Source of the DNA: Lytechinus pictus
Lineage: Eukaryota
DNA: 64,000 nucleotides
Direction of reading: 5' to 3'
Assembly: GCF_037042905.1 (NCBI RefSeq)
Contig: NC_087260.1
Span: 2,356,001-2,420,000 of the forward strand
Positions 14,601 through 25,119 of this stretch are shown piece after piece. Made by a program: the position numbers and the translations under genes. Position 1 is the stretch's first letter. Every line of letters starts with the position of its first letter. Below the pieces are notes generated by a model. The model was not told where the DNA came from. It was given only the letters and a program-made list of their open reading frames with translations, and ran no database searches.

Positions 14601-17600
14601 ATGGACAATAAAAACCAATGAGTTCAAACAGAATCACATAAAATGATGACCCAAGTGTTTGTATGTACTGTATAAATGATGAATTCAAACCAGGATTTGA
14701 AGGACAATTCTGATTGGTTCCTAGTCAGTCTACTGAGCATCGATGATCTTGATAGCTAGGCCATTTCACTTTAGCGATTACTCACTAACCTTCGTGTTAC
14801 GGGGCCGAGATGTTAGCCAAGCAATACTTGCACACCAATACACTGTCCCACATATGTTTATCTGTGTTAGTAATCTTCAGTGGAACTGTTTCTTTCAGCT
14901 TAGCTTCCATGATTGCACAGAATAAATGTAAATATACTAGATCTAGATGATGATATGATATGATGGATTTTGAAAATGTTCTCATGAGATCCTTGTTTGC
15001 TGCAATTGCATTCCTTTCGCATTCATATCTATCATTCACCTTCAAACCAATCATTCACATTCATGTAGTACCTATTATTCACTTTCAAACCAATCAAATT
15101 TATTCTAACATCAATAATTACAATTCATGCCAAACTACATTGAAATTATAAAACATCATTCGAAAGCAGAGAACTTTCTGCCTTTAAAACTTTAAGCAGG
15201 ACCCTATTAAGGACGAAAAATGCTTATCAGGAATATGGTCCCTCAGAAAGGACTCAAAGCTATGAGTTCTCTCAAAGTTTTACAAGCCTTTGTGCTTTCT
15301 TACAAATCAGGTACACTGTACCTTGTCCTATAATTCAGATAATTTTTGGAGCTGTTTAATTCTTGCATTATTTCATTGAGTATATTACACAATTATAACA
15401 CATATCAAAATTATTCCATACAAACGGTTTTACCTTTCACCAACGTTTCCTATAAGTTCATCCAGTCTGTCAAGTGAGCAGGTAAATTTCCCATGCACAT
15501 CGATGAAAGTATCACAATTTTCTGGTACCGCGAGGCTCCTTGCGATCTTAAAATGGTGAAAAGAAAGCAAANNNNNNNNNNNNNNNNNNNNNNNNNNNNN
15601 NNNNNNNNNNNNNNNNNNNNNNNNNNNNNNNNNNNNNNNNNNNNNNNNNNNNNNNNNNNNNNNNNNNNNNNNNNNNNNNNNNNNNNNNNNNNNNNNNNNN
15701 NNNNNNNNNNNNNNNNNNNNNNNNNNNNNNNNNNNNNNNNNNNNNNNNNNNCATCTTCACCAGGGTTCATGAAGTTCATAAAGTTCATTTCCACATTCGT
15801 ACATAAAAGATGTCAAAGACATCATCAACAGCTTAGGAAATCACAAAAACATCAGAATAAAAAAGAATAGTACAAATATACAAAAAACTAAGATTCTAGA
15901 AGAACCTCCTACTAAGTCATTACAAAAGACAATACAGAAAAAAGGTATAATATATCTACAATGTTAAAAAATAGATATAAAAACCAAGGTCTTCAACATA
16001 TATTGTCATCATAATCATCATCATCATCACCATCATCACCATCACTACCACCACTATTATCACCATCAACATCACCATTATCCTCATCATCGCCATCACA
16101 GTAACAATGGTACACCCCAAAGTAGATTAGACTGCATTACACAAATGCCAATTATATCAAATCTGTAAGCGATCAGATACATACAATGTCTTAATCACAT
16201 TATAAATAATGAGATTAATTACCATTACTTGTATTATCATCATCATCATTATTATTAACACCACCACCACAAACTTCATTCGTCTCACAGTCACAATTAT
16301 TGTCATCAGAGGCGGATCCACGATTTTCCAAAGGAGGGGGGCATTTTTGTACAGGAAAAATTTGACAGGCAAAAAACAAGGGGATCAAGTTTTTCACTAC
16401 CAAATTGTGGTCATTTTGTTCCAAGAAAAATTTGACAAGCAAAAAAAAAGTCCTGACTTTAGTATGCATTAAATATTCCCTTCTAATTATTTTTTTTTTT
16501 TTGGGGGGGTGTCTCTCAAAAGGGGGGGGGGCACAGGCTGGATGTGCCCTTACCTGGATCCGCCTCTGACTGTAATTACAGGTACATGTAGGTGTTTCAT
16601 AAAGCTGTTCATAAGATACAAATGACTTTACGCAAGACTGGTGATCCTTTCTTGTGCTAAATGATATCCCTGTATAATTTATTTATGACCTAAGAACAAG
16701 TTGTGCGTAACTTTACAAATAGCTTTATGACACACCTATCTGTTGTTATAGCTCACCTGGTGGTACATCTCAATTTTAGGAGCGTAGGCATGAATGGAGA
16801 GGGCCCATTTCAGCAAGTCCAGTTCCATGCTTGACAAGTGACGATTAGCCATCTTGAGTGTGAAGTGATACAAGGCTTCGTCATGACCTAATCAAAGGAA
16901 ACAAACATATAAATGATCAGATATAGGAATTGAATTTGTAACCCGCAAGTGAAGACCCGAACCGTACCGTCCCGTATAATCCAATAATTTGCAAGCGGGA
17001 CCCGCTGACCCGTTGGGTTTTAACCCGCAAGTCAATTTATCTTTGAAAAATGAAAAATATTATTTCTGCAATCCCCACACTATACAGGCTCAAATCAGGA
17101 AAATATATGCCAACTACTAACCTAGCCTAGAGTGAATTTACTTACAATTTGCAAATTCGCCTTTTATTCCGGAGAGAAAATGTTTTTTGGGTGACTTTGT
17201 ACCACGAAATGGGTCCGCTCTGATCTCGAAATTGAAAGCATTACGCAATTAACTCCTCTGATTGGAGCCGCAGCTCAGCGCACGCTAGCTAGCCCAGGCT
17301 GCCCAGCAAAGATCGGCAATGTTGTTTTTCAGTCCAGGTCAGTCGACACGACGACTCACAACAATCATAATTACAATATTCAATTCTATGGGACCTCGTC
17401 TATAAAGTAATCAAAATTGAAATAAATACCAGGATAATGATACAGTCAATTTTTTCTTCTTGTATATCTCCATATTATTTCCTTCTGTTTTTGTATTTCT
17501 TCCAATTCTTTGTAAACTAATACAAACGTGCACGAGGGCGCCCATGAACTTACGTAAACAGCTCGTGTTACTAGTACAGTGCTTAGCTAGCTTAGCTAGG

Positions 17601-19985
17601 CTTTTATTTATTTTTTATTTTTTATCTCTCTCGATCGATCGGTCAAGAGAGAGGTATTTTCAAGAAACTTGCAATCCATTGCAATCCAATTTTACATCTT
17701 CAGAAATCTTAAAGACTTTCAATCAATTGTACATCGGAAAAATTAAGAGATCTGGGCATTCAGGGTGCGGGGGCTTCAGTTTTCATCAGTAAATGTATGA
17801 AATAACGAAAAGGAGGGTTAGTTAGCCACTAGACTAGACCAGCTTAGCATGTCTTCAAAAAAGGGCAGCTAACACTCTGACCTGACGGCACGCTCTATCA
17901 GGTCATGACCTAATTTGGTAATCCAATAAGCAAACAACTGTCTCACTGCCTGCACTGCAAATCCCTCCGAGCTCAAACAGCGAGCGTTGCCGTGGAAACA
18001 GGCTCGACTCGCCCCACTCTCTGCCACGTGGCCTATCACTCGCTCCTTGCCAGACATGATTACGCAATGTATTCTGGCTTCTGTTTACATTCTCCGAACA
18101 CATCCCCTCCCCTCTCTCTCTCTCTCTCTCTCTCCCCCTCTCCCAGTCGTAAAACATTCCTTTCTCTGACTGCGCTGCACTGGCGCTCCTTTGAAAGAGC
18201 AACTCGATGTATTATGTCGAACTGTCTCAGTCCTGTTCACTGTTCACAAGACAAAAATACGCCGGCATTTTTTAAAAGGAAATATCTACGTCTCTAAAAG
18301 AATCCGCCACTTAAGAAGCACATGATCCTAACTCAACTTTCATTGTTAATGTTTTTATTATGCGTTGTTACTTCTCCCTTTTTTTCGTATGACGGTCTGC
18401 GGGTTTGAGAATGAACTCGGCCAGGCCCGCAACCCGCGATCGGGGGCATACCGGCAGGTACCGCAACGGGTGCGGGTTACAACATTAAGGAATTCTCAAG
18501 TAAAAATACTGTTTTGTCTTTTTCGATTCTCTACTCTTTAGTTCTCCTCTTTACTTACCCTGCCAACAGGGGGCCACAGCCACTTTGCCCCCCCCCCCCA
18601 TGAATTCACCATGATTTTATCTTCTCTTCCTTCTTTTATGAGAAAACAGTGGCAAAAAGAGCAGAATATTATTTTTTGTAATGGCTAGAACTAACAAAGA
18701 AGATTCTACACCACTTCTTGTTACAAATAACAAGAAACCATCTAAAATCTTTAATAAAACAGGGAATGATCTGTTCTACAGCAATTTGCTCCACCTTTTT
18801 TTAAGACTGACGCACAAAGTCTTTCGTCTAGTAGATAAAATCATAGGACTGTACAGAAATTAGCCCAGAGCTTTTCCCTTATGACCAAAAATGTTAAACA
18901 ATTTGGTTACCCGTAAGCAAACTTATTCCTTGCACAACCAGATACCGGGACACATCATCATCCCAAATAAACAAAGGAAAATGAAACTCTTGGAAAAAGA
19001 TACTAGCAGCTGGTATAAAACAAGAAAAAGGTCAAGAGTTTGAGAACAATAAGATTTACTGATTTAGCAAAAATAAATTCATGAACATTTGAATGTCAAG
19101 AACACTACGTTTATATAGAGACCCTCTCTGGCAATCTGAACTAGATGTCTACAACTGTCTCCCTTGGACACTGACAATATCTATATGTAGGATAGGAAAT
19201 AATTTTTAGGGGCTATTTTTCTTTTCCACATTGGGGCAATTTCAGAAGTTTGAGGGCAATTTCTTTCATTTGAAGGGCTACTTTCAGGGGTAAAAAGTAA
19301 TTGTGCAGTAAAAGCAAATATTATTCGTCTGCCAGTTAGAATATTGATTTTCTAAATAATCTTGAATGTCATTTGGAATATATCTTGGGGCGACTCTAGA
19401 AAGAATTGTCGCCCAAAAGCATGCATTTTGGAGGAATTTTAAAAGAAAAGCGATTTGGGCAGTCATGGGGGGTGAAATCACCTGTCGCCCTCATGTATTT
19501 CCTATGCTGTTTATGTGAAACATTTACAAACACAAATATATGACAAAGTTGTTCATGTATGATATCACACATATCGCGGCATTCCCAAGGAGAGGATCTC
19601 CATAGGATTTAGTGGTCGCATCATTCGGATGCTTATAACTTACTTATTCTCTCTTAAGTTTTCTCAACTTTCATTCATTGGTATCTTTGATTATATCATA
19701 TAGATCTACAACAACAAAAAAAACAATGCAACTATTTAACTGGTTTCAAGTGGTCGATTCTCCTTTAATCTACTCACTGAAGTTTTCTTTATAAGCCGAC
19801 ACTTGTTCCAGGAATTTCCAGAAGGCTGCATCGCTCTTTTCTGCTATGAATTCACTGGTTTCCATGGCGACTGAATGCCTTGTCCATTTTGCTTCCAGGG
19901 TTGTGGTGATAGGCCTGGACTTTGATGCACCAAGCGCACATTGGACACACCACAGTAATAAGAGGAACTTGAATAAGCTATCCAT
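2530..19985 (-). CDS. UGGT: UDP-glucose:glycoprotein glucosyltransferase, N-terminal half (10 coding exons in window; gene continues beyond left edge)
   Basis: Manually spliced exons 19985-19778, 16887-16757, 15546-15434, 14580-14400, 13481-13309, 11764-11664, 9702-9542, 6355-6264, 4239-4176, 2616-2530 are all GT-AG with matching phases and give one open frame. It contains a signal peptide and the UGGT motifs ITTTLEAKW, SEFIAE..FW.F, YVFRHY, LSGYGVELAIKSTEYKA, PLKVWQLQD, DISQNFP, EGLHQLG, YAVDIR. Confidence 0.96.
4176..4239 (-). CDS. UGGT: UGGT coding exon 9 (LLDLLKAEGKLLEGLHQLGVQ)
   Basis: TAG acceptor, GTAATA donor, 64 nt. Confidence 0.9.
5783..6182 (+). mobile_element. tRNA-derived SINE (possibly with a Deu/Nin-type central domain)
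   Basis: A box TAGCTCAGTGG, B box GTTCGAGTCC, unrelated body, A-rich tail. Confidence 0.7.
6264..6355 (-). CDS. UGGT: UGGT coding exon 8 (LFGMNHNTDQGEAIIMVNGLVIDTEVADPF)
   Basis: CAG acceptor, GTAAGT donor, 92 nt. Confidence 0.9.
6962..9522. repeat. Intronic minisatellite of 59-bp and 67-bp related units, interrupted at 8031-8845
   Basis: Repeating cattaccactaccatcaccaaacacaatt... with unit starts at 7097, 7156, 7215, 7282, 7341, 7408; nearly G-free on the + strand. Confidence 0.95.
8031..8845. mobile_element. Non-autonomous DNA transposon (CAG termini, 6-bp TSD) with large internal palindrome
   Basis: TIR CAG(T/A)CCTTCA; TSD CTTTAC at 8025-8030 and 8846-8851; internal inverted repeat ~8311-8757. 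Confidence 0.85.
9542..9702 (-). CDS. UGGT: UGGT coding exon 7 (DIAYQAAQRVL...DISQNFPLLARSL...EIKENQK)
   Basis: CAG acceptor, GTGAGT donor, 161 nt. Confidence 0.95.
9735..9960 (-). mobile_element. tRNA-derived SINE (CORE-like, L2-type tail)
   Basis: Reverse strand: degenerate A/B boxes, tttggcaaggcatttat core, gcgctctataaat + (tat)n tail; related to 11229-11548 and 45675-45958. Confidence 0.7.
10551..11156. mobile_element. Non-autonomous DNA transposon (CAG..CTGCCAA termini, 6-bp TSD)
   Basis: Ends cagagctgccaa / ttggcaggcctg; TSD CATCTT at 10545-10550 and 11157-11162; second internal left-end cagacctgccaacc at 10753. Confidence 0.75.
11229..11548 (-). mobile_element. tRNA-derived SINE
   Basis: Reverse strand: B-box-like gttcggattcc, tttggcaaggcg core, cacccaggtgttaaatgggtacc, aagcgctgtataaat + (att)n tail. 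Confidence 0.7.
11664..11764 (-). CDS. UGGT: UGGT coding exon 6 (ELHPDLTEELTQFKQHLVDNTNIMEPLKVWQLQ)
   Basis: TAG acceptor, GTGAGA donor, 101 nt. Confidence 0.95.
13309..13481 (-). CDS. UGGT: UGGT coding exon 5 (VRLSGYGVELAIKSTEYKA...DEIEGFVFSKL)
   Basis: TAG acceptor, GTGAGT donor, 173 nt; most diagnostic UGGT motif. Confidence 0.96.
14400..14580 (-). CDS. UGGT: UGGT coding exon 4 (RKPDIFKVDHEY...YVFRHYQR)
   Basis: CAG acceptor, GTAAGA donor, 181 nt. Confidence 0.93.
15434..15546 (-). CDS. UGGT: UGGT coding exon 3 (IARSLAVPENCDTFIDVHGKFTCSLDRLDELIGNVGE)
   Basis: Acceptor ...ttttaag, donor GTAAAA, 113 nt; conserved C..F..VHG..TC motif. Confidence 0.92.
16005..16100. repeat. (CAT/CAC)n imperfect microsatellite
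   Basis: Direct reading. Confidence 0.85.
16306..16569. mobile_element. MITE with AGAGGCGGATCC termini
   Basis: tcagaggcggatcca ... tggatccgcctctga; similar GGCGGATCC ends at ~31718, 32110, 33826, 50820. Confidence 0.65.
16591..16736. mobile_element. Short MITE (GGTGTTTCATAAAGCT TIR)
   Basis: ggtgtttcataaagct...agctttatgacacacc; second copy at ~43147-43318. Confidence 0.65.
16757..16887 (-). CDS. UGGT: UGGT coding exon 2 (HDEALYHFTLKMANRHLSSMELDLLKWALSIHAYAPKIEMYHQ)
   Basis: TAG acceptor, GTGAGC donor, 131 nt, phase 1 to 0. Confidence 0.92.
16931..18487. mobile_element. 1.56-kb non-autonomous hAT-like DNA transposon
   Basis: Imperfect 17-bp TIR ending TTGTAACCCGCA, subterminal ACCCG repeats, direct repeat AGGAAT(T) on both flanks; no coding remnant recognised. 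Confidence 0.7.
19190..19508. repeat. Interspersed MITE-like repeat (ATAGGAAATA...TATTTCCTAT)
   Basis: Terminal inverted repeat; related diverged copies at ~10090-10410 and (inverted) ~46530-46830. Confidence 0.5.
19778..19985 (-). CDS. UGGT: UGGT first coding exon (signal peptide MDSLFKFLLLLWCVQCALGA + SKSRPITTTLEAKW...)
   Basis: ATG at 19985. A polypyrimidine/CTACAG acceptor just upstream (exon starts 19988) implies an upstream non-coding exon. GTGAGT donor at 19777. Confidence 0.93.
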
Positions 19986-22023
19986 GCCCTGTAGAAGAGA
20001 GAGAGAGAGACGAGACAGAAATAAGGCAAGATTATCTCATTTGTAAAGGGGAATCCACACTTGGTCATAACTCATCATCATCATCATCCGTTAAAGTACA
20101 GCCCACCAGGTTGGTGTATCATTGTACTTGTTTATTTATTTATTTATTTATTTCTGATATTTTGACAGGGTAGCCCATTCAACAATAAGTAGTGGTCTTC
20201 CATGGGGCCCTGAATAACAATAAACATATTTACAAAATGCATAACGTATGTACAGAATGTTACGGCATTAAGATTCACATTAGGATTTGAATGTAAAACG
20301 AAACATTAACAAGCTTAGCAGCAAACAAAACGCAGACAGGCACTTGTTGTGTTGGAAAGGATAGAAAAATAATAAAACGGAATGGTGAAAGTTTGAAAAA
20401 AATTGGACAAGAAATAAGAAAGTTATGGCTGCTTTAAAATTGAGATAACTAGACTCCAAACCAAATAAAAACTTGTTTTTAAAGGACAAAGAAAAATCAG
20501 AAAAGTTGATGGGTGAAAGTTTGAACAATATCAAACAAACAATAAGTTATTAATTTTTTAAATATTCATGAGTAGGACTATAGATTGACATCTGATGCAA
20601 ATGCGAAACGATCCCGATATACAAGTCTAATCCTATCATGAATATTCATGAATTGAGCTGCGATTTCTGTGCATGCGCAATTTGGGTTTGCGATGTTTTG
20701 GAATCGGCAGTGTGAATTCATACGTGTGAGGAAACCGAAACTGGCTCTAAATCCCCAATTTTGAGACTGATAGAAGTGTGGAAAAGTGTAACTTTGTGAA
20801 ATGTAAGTTGAGTTGTAATAAATGAATTGTATGGTCATTTTTATGCATGAGTTTTAGATTCCCCCCCCCCCACCCATAAAGTGACACCTTTGTCACTCGG
20901 ACTACCCGAGCGACATTTGTACAGATGTTTTGATAGGTGTAGCTTAGTGTAGCAGTAGAGAAATAGAGTGGAGCCTACACGAACATCACTTGAGGTAGTA
21001 TACTAATAACCTTGCACTAGTGTGGGTAGATCTAGGCCTATGTGTTGCAAATTATTATCTTGATCGGTGTATTATCATCTATTTTAGCCTAAGAATCTAA
21101 CTTAGTTAACTTAGACTTAATAATGTTTCTGTTAGTTGTTAATTCATTCCATTGACTTTTGTGTTGAAATTAGGCCACGCCTAGCAAAGCCTAACAAGTA
21201 GGCAACTGCCAAACTTTAGGCAAAGCCAAAGGCAACTTTGCCAAGTCCAGGGCAAGGCAAGCTGATGGCAAAGGACCATCAAATTTAGAAAGCTCTTAAT
21301 TTGTAAAAACAAAACACATAAAAATGATTAAGTCCTAAAACATAATAAAAATTACTTAAAAGTTACAGAAATTCCCTATAACTTCTGAAAAAATAGCAAA
21401 ATAGATTGTGTTTGTGTGCCAAAAAATACACAGAAGAAATGGTCCCTCACTGTACACTAATTACTATAGGCCAGTGGCCCAAAATAGGCTTAGTTTAACT
21501 GCCCTGACACTGGGCCGTATGCATAAAAAGTAGCAATTGCTTGCAAGCAATTGCTTCAAGCACAAGCAATTGCTTGTCAAGCAAAAGATCAAGCTCAAGC
21601 AATTGCTTAAATCCATATGCATAACATTTTGCTTGTGCTCAAACCTTTTGCTTGCCTCTAGCAAGCAATTGCTTACGATCTCAACAATAGCGACGTCACG
21701 CCAGTGCGAACATCATTCATGGGAGAACAAAGGCGGGTTTCGCATACTAGTAGTGTATTCAAATGTCATGCGTGTGGGGTAGCCTTTCCTGACATGGCAG
21801 TATAACATTCCAGGATGACATATTTCAGAACAAAATGAAAAAAAAAAAACACCGATACATGCACACACACGCGCACACCCAAATACACATACACACATGG
21901 CATGCATATACTATAAAGAAGAAAAATACGTATAATACACGTGACTGTACTGAAGGGATTTTACAAGTAAGGCAGACGTGTGTCTAATTTTCCGCTAAAT
22001 CTGATAGGCCTACAAGTGAGAAC

Positions 22024-23025
22024 ATGGCGTCAGATGGTGAGGAAATTAATACAACTGACCAAGATCTTAGTACCCATTTGGTGAAGATCATCAAAGAATT
22101 CCCCATATTGACGGAGAAATGTCAGCTGCCGCAAGCAAAGGAAAAGAAAACCCTAGCTCTACAGCAGGCAAAGAACACGATCATGGCCAGTATTGGCAAG
22201 AGGATGGATGAAAAACAAATCATGAAAAAAATTGCCAACAAGAAGAAGACTGACACTAATCAAACAGGGAATCGCAAGATGACCCTATGCCCATGGGAGA
22301 AGGAGCTCTACATTAATGGGGATGAAAACCCGGTGGTAACAAAAATGCCCTGCTCCATTTCTGCTGGCGTTTCCACCAACACTGATTCTCTGTCATCGTG
22401 CTCTAGTCAAGCATCACCCAGTGCACCTTGTCCAAGGGTAGGCAAATTAACAATTTCAAATGATAAATCATATCAATAATTCATAATGAAATTCCTAAAA
22501 CATTTAGCATTTTGATACTTTTGTCATTGGTGTTATGATTTTCATACTACTTAAACATCAACATACATCCAAGCTTCATGAAAATTGTCAGTGTCCAAGG
22601 GAGACAGTTGTAGACATCTAGTTCAGATTGCCAGAGAGGGTCTCTATATAAACGTAGTGTTCTTGACATTCATGAATAATAACAAATGTAACAAAAAATT
22701 AGTTAACGTTGCCAATCGTGAATCTTTATTTGCGATTAACATGGATATGATGAAGACATACATAATGCATCATAATGTTATTTTCTTTTCATAGAATGCG
22801 ACGAATCGTCGGCGTGGGCCAGCCTCTGAAACGAACACGCCATCACCCATGCCTGTTCCTGTCAAAGGTCCCAAGAGGAAGGTGTTGTCAGGCGAAACAG
22901 AGGAAACCATCAACCTGTCAACATCGGAGCTGCAAAGGCTGGTTCTCCTCGAGTAGCTCAAGTACACCCGAATGAAAATAAGACGTCTCGAGCAGAGCCA
23001 GCAGCCCATTGAACATGCTGAATAA
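22024..23025 (+). pseudogene. Harbinger Myb/SANT-like (trihelix) DNA-binding partner gene, two exons (22024-22437, 22795-23025), premature stop at 22954
   Basis: Exon 1 has the KKIANKKKTDTNQTGN...WEKEL pattern typical of Myb_DNA-bind/MSANTD-like proteins. GTAGGC donor at 22438 and tttcttttcatag acceptor at 22794 join in frame to ...STSELQRLVLLE*LKYTRMKIRRLEQ...TAA. Confidence 0.75.
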
Positions 23026-23297
23026 CGAAGCCAAGACGTATGCGTAACTTGCAAGAAAGCAAAGCCGAACAAGACTATAGAAAGAGTAGCTATTAGTTAT
23101 TTATCGTTTAAAAGTGTTTTTCTTTAGTTCATCTGTAGTTATCAATCGTAAGCGATTTTATTATTTTACTATAAACATAGCAAATATACTCTGCGAAGAC
23201 AGGTTGAAAAATAAAAATAAACGTTAATCTGCAAGTTGAAGGAATTGTTTTCTTGTCTTTATTTCGCCAGTAGTTCCAGTTTATTTACGACTGTTAT

Positions 23298-24335
23298 TCA
23301 TTGGTCGCGTCTCTCGTAGATATGGTTGGCGATTTCATCACGCTTTTGTTGACCTCGCGGCCGCAGTATCCGAGGTCCTTGTTCTACAACTCCACCATGG
23401 TTGCCATTGTCGCCAGCGATTTCTTCATCCTCGTCATCGCCACGCAAGTCGTCGTCCGGGTCATGGAGGAAGCGTGACACGTTGTGAAGCACAAAACATG
23501 CTACGATGCACTTGGGGATATTCTCGAGCTTCAGGCGAACCCCATACCTGAGGATCGGGAATCGCCGTTTGAATTGCCCAAAACCCTGCTCGATGACGAC
23601 ACTGTTTCTTGTGTGAGCCCTGTTAAAAGACCTCTTGACTGGCGTGTCTGGATCAGCGAAGGGCGTCATCATGTATGGTGATATCCCATATCCAGAGTCC
23701 CCCAGAAGGCAGCCGCGAACATTTCTTGAAACGACATCGCGCAGGTCCGACGTTTGAAATATCCGGGAGTCGTGAACGGATCCGGGCCAGCCAACGTCAA
23801 CACTAGTGAAGATATGGTTCTCATCGCATGTTGCCTGGACATTGAAGGAAGGGTGGTTTTTGCGGTTGATGAACTCATCTCCGAACTGGCCGCGCGGTTT
23901 GTCAATCCGCACATGGGTGCAGTCAATCGCCCCGATAGTGAAAGGAAACCCCAGTTTTTCAGCCCATCGTTCCTTTGCATGTGTCACGTCTGCGTTTGAA
24001 GTGGGAAACTTGATCCAGGTAGGGTGCTGCGCTGCGATGAGGTCAATGTTTTTAGCCACATGTCGAGAAACAGTGGTCTGGTTGATCCCCATCACTTCCC
24101 CCACTGTTGTTTGGTAACCCGGATCCGCCAAGTAGTGGAGCGTGGCCTCCATGCTCTCCACCGTTGTCAGACATCCTCCCCGATTTTCATCATGTTCAGG
24201 TATGAACCTGTGTGCTAACCACTCAACGTTCTCTTTGTCGAAACGGAATAGTTTCCGATAGGTCTCGGGAGCAATTTCTTCTCGATTTATTCTACTCCTG
24301 TACAACTTTGTTTTTTCTCTAACGAGCATAAACAT
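23298..24335 (-). CDS. Harbinger (HARBI1-like, DDE_Tnp_4) transposase, 345 aa, intact
   Basis: Motifs IGAIDCTHV, GWPGSVHDSRIF, LLGDSGYG, VIEQGFGQFKRRFPIL, ACFVLHN; N-terminal HTH-like region; no stops. Confidence 0.95.
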   Translation of the reverse strand: MFMLVREKTKLYRSRINREEIAPETYRKLFRFDKENVEWLAHRFIPEHDENRGGCLTTVESMEATLHYLADPGYQTTVGEVMGINQTTVSRHVAKNIDLIAAQHPTWIKFPTSNADVTHAKERWAEKLGFPFTIGAIDCTHVRIDKPRGQFGDEFINRKNHPSFNVQATCDENHIFTSVDVGWPGSVHDSRIFQTSDLRDVVSRNVRGCLLGDSGYGISPYMMTPFADPDTPVKRSFNRAHTRNSVVIEQGFGQFKRRFPILRYGVRLKLENIPKCIVACFVLHNVSRFLHDPDDDLRGDDEDEEIAGDNGNHGGVVEQGPRILRPRGQQKRDEIANHIYERRDQ

Positions 24336-25119
24336 GATGCTTAACCGCGAACGTCCCGATTAAGCAAGAGCTCGAGCTGCTATGACGGAGCTTGAAAAAA
24401 CGTAAGCAATTGCTTATAAGAACAAGCAAAAGGTTCGTTTTATGCATACGTTTTAAAGCAATTGCTTGATCTTTAAGCAATTGCTTGCGGACATCAAGCA
24501 ATTGCTTGTGCTTGCTAGCAAAAGCATTTGCTTGCAAGCAATTGCTTATGTTTATGCATACGGATTCAAGTAAAAGGCTAGCACAAGCAATTTCTACTTT
24601 TTATGCATACGGCCCACTGTGTTTAGCTTCCCGGAGGAGCCGTGGAAACATGTCACATTGAATTGATAGACCATCAACTCGGCTGCCAGCTAATGTGAAG
24701 ATACCGCTAAATGTAACTAAACGAACCACTCAAAATATGCAAGAACACTTGGAGCAAATTAACGCATGACTATTTGTGCACATGCCCAACACGCAACAGC
24801 ACAATCTAGGCTAGCGCCCATGGATAGCCTGGACTGGAGGCTTCTGGGGAGTAAAAGTCATCTACTCTACGTAGGCTTACTCCCCACGAAGCCTGGGACG
24901 CTTCGGCGGTGGCCAAATTTGCACGTGATGTTTTGATTTTCACATGCGCTGCGCTTTGATCCGATCCAAAGTCAAGTTTCATTGCCGATCCGCGAAGTTC
25001 AATAGATTATGTAATGCTGTTTTAATCGGCGGCGGACACCAACCTAAAACTGATATCGGCGAAAATATTGGAATGTTAAGTTGTTATTTATCTCAAAATT
25101 TAGGGGGTTTTTTTTGTCT

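Larger units (their letters stand above)
21512..24615. mobile_element. Full-length PIF/Harbinger DNA transposon (3.1 kb)
   Basis: TIR GGGCCGTATGCATAAAAAGTAG(C/A)AATTGCTTG at both ends; 3-bp TSD ACT (21509-21511 and 24616-24618); about five AGCAATTGCT palindromes in each subterminal region; two convergent genes (Myb/SANT-like and DDE transposase). Confidence 0.95.

Noticed and set aside
15450-15870. ORFs spanning N runs (also 57468-58463)
   Set aside because: Artefacts of assembly gaps; the real exon here is 15434-15546 in another frame
23484-24218. Several overlapping short ORFs
   Set aside because: Alternative-frame or antisense shadows of the GC-rich transposase CDS
24825-24894. TAGCCTGG start plus short hairpin (aggcttctggggagtaa...ttactccccacgaagcct) suggesting an Academ-like terminus enclosing the satellite
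   Set aside because: Could not find a matching right terminus or TSD in the window
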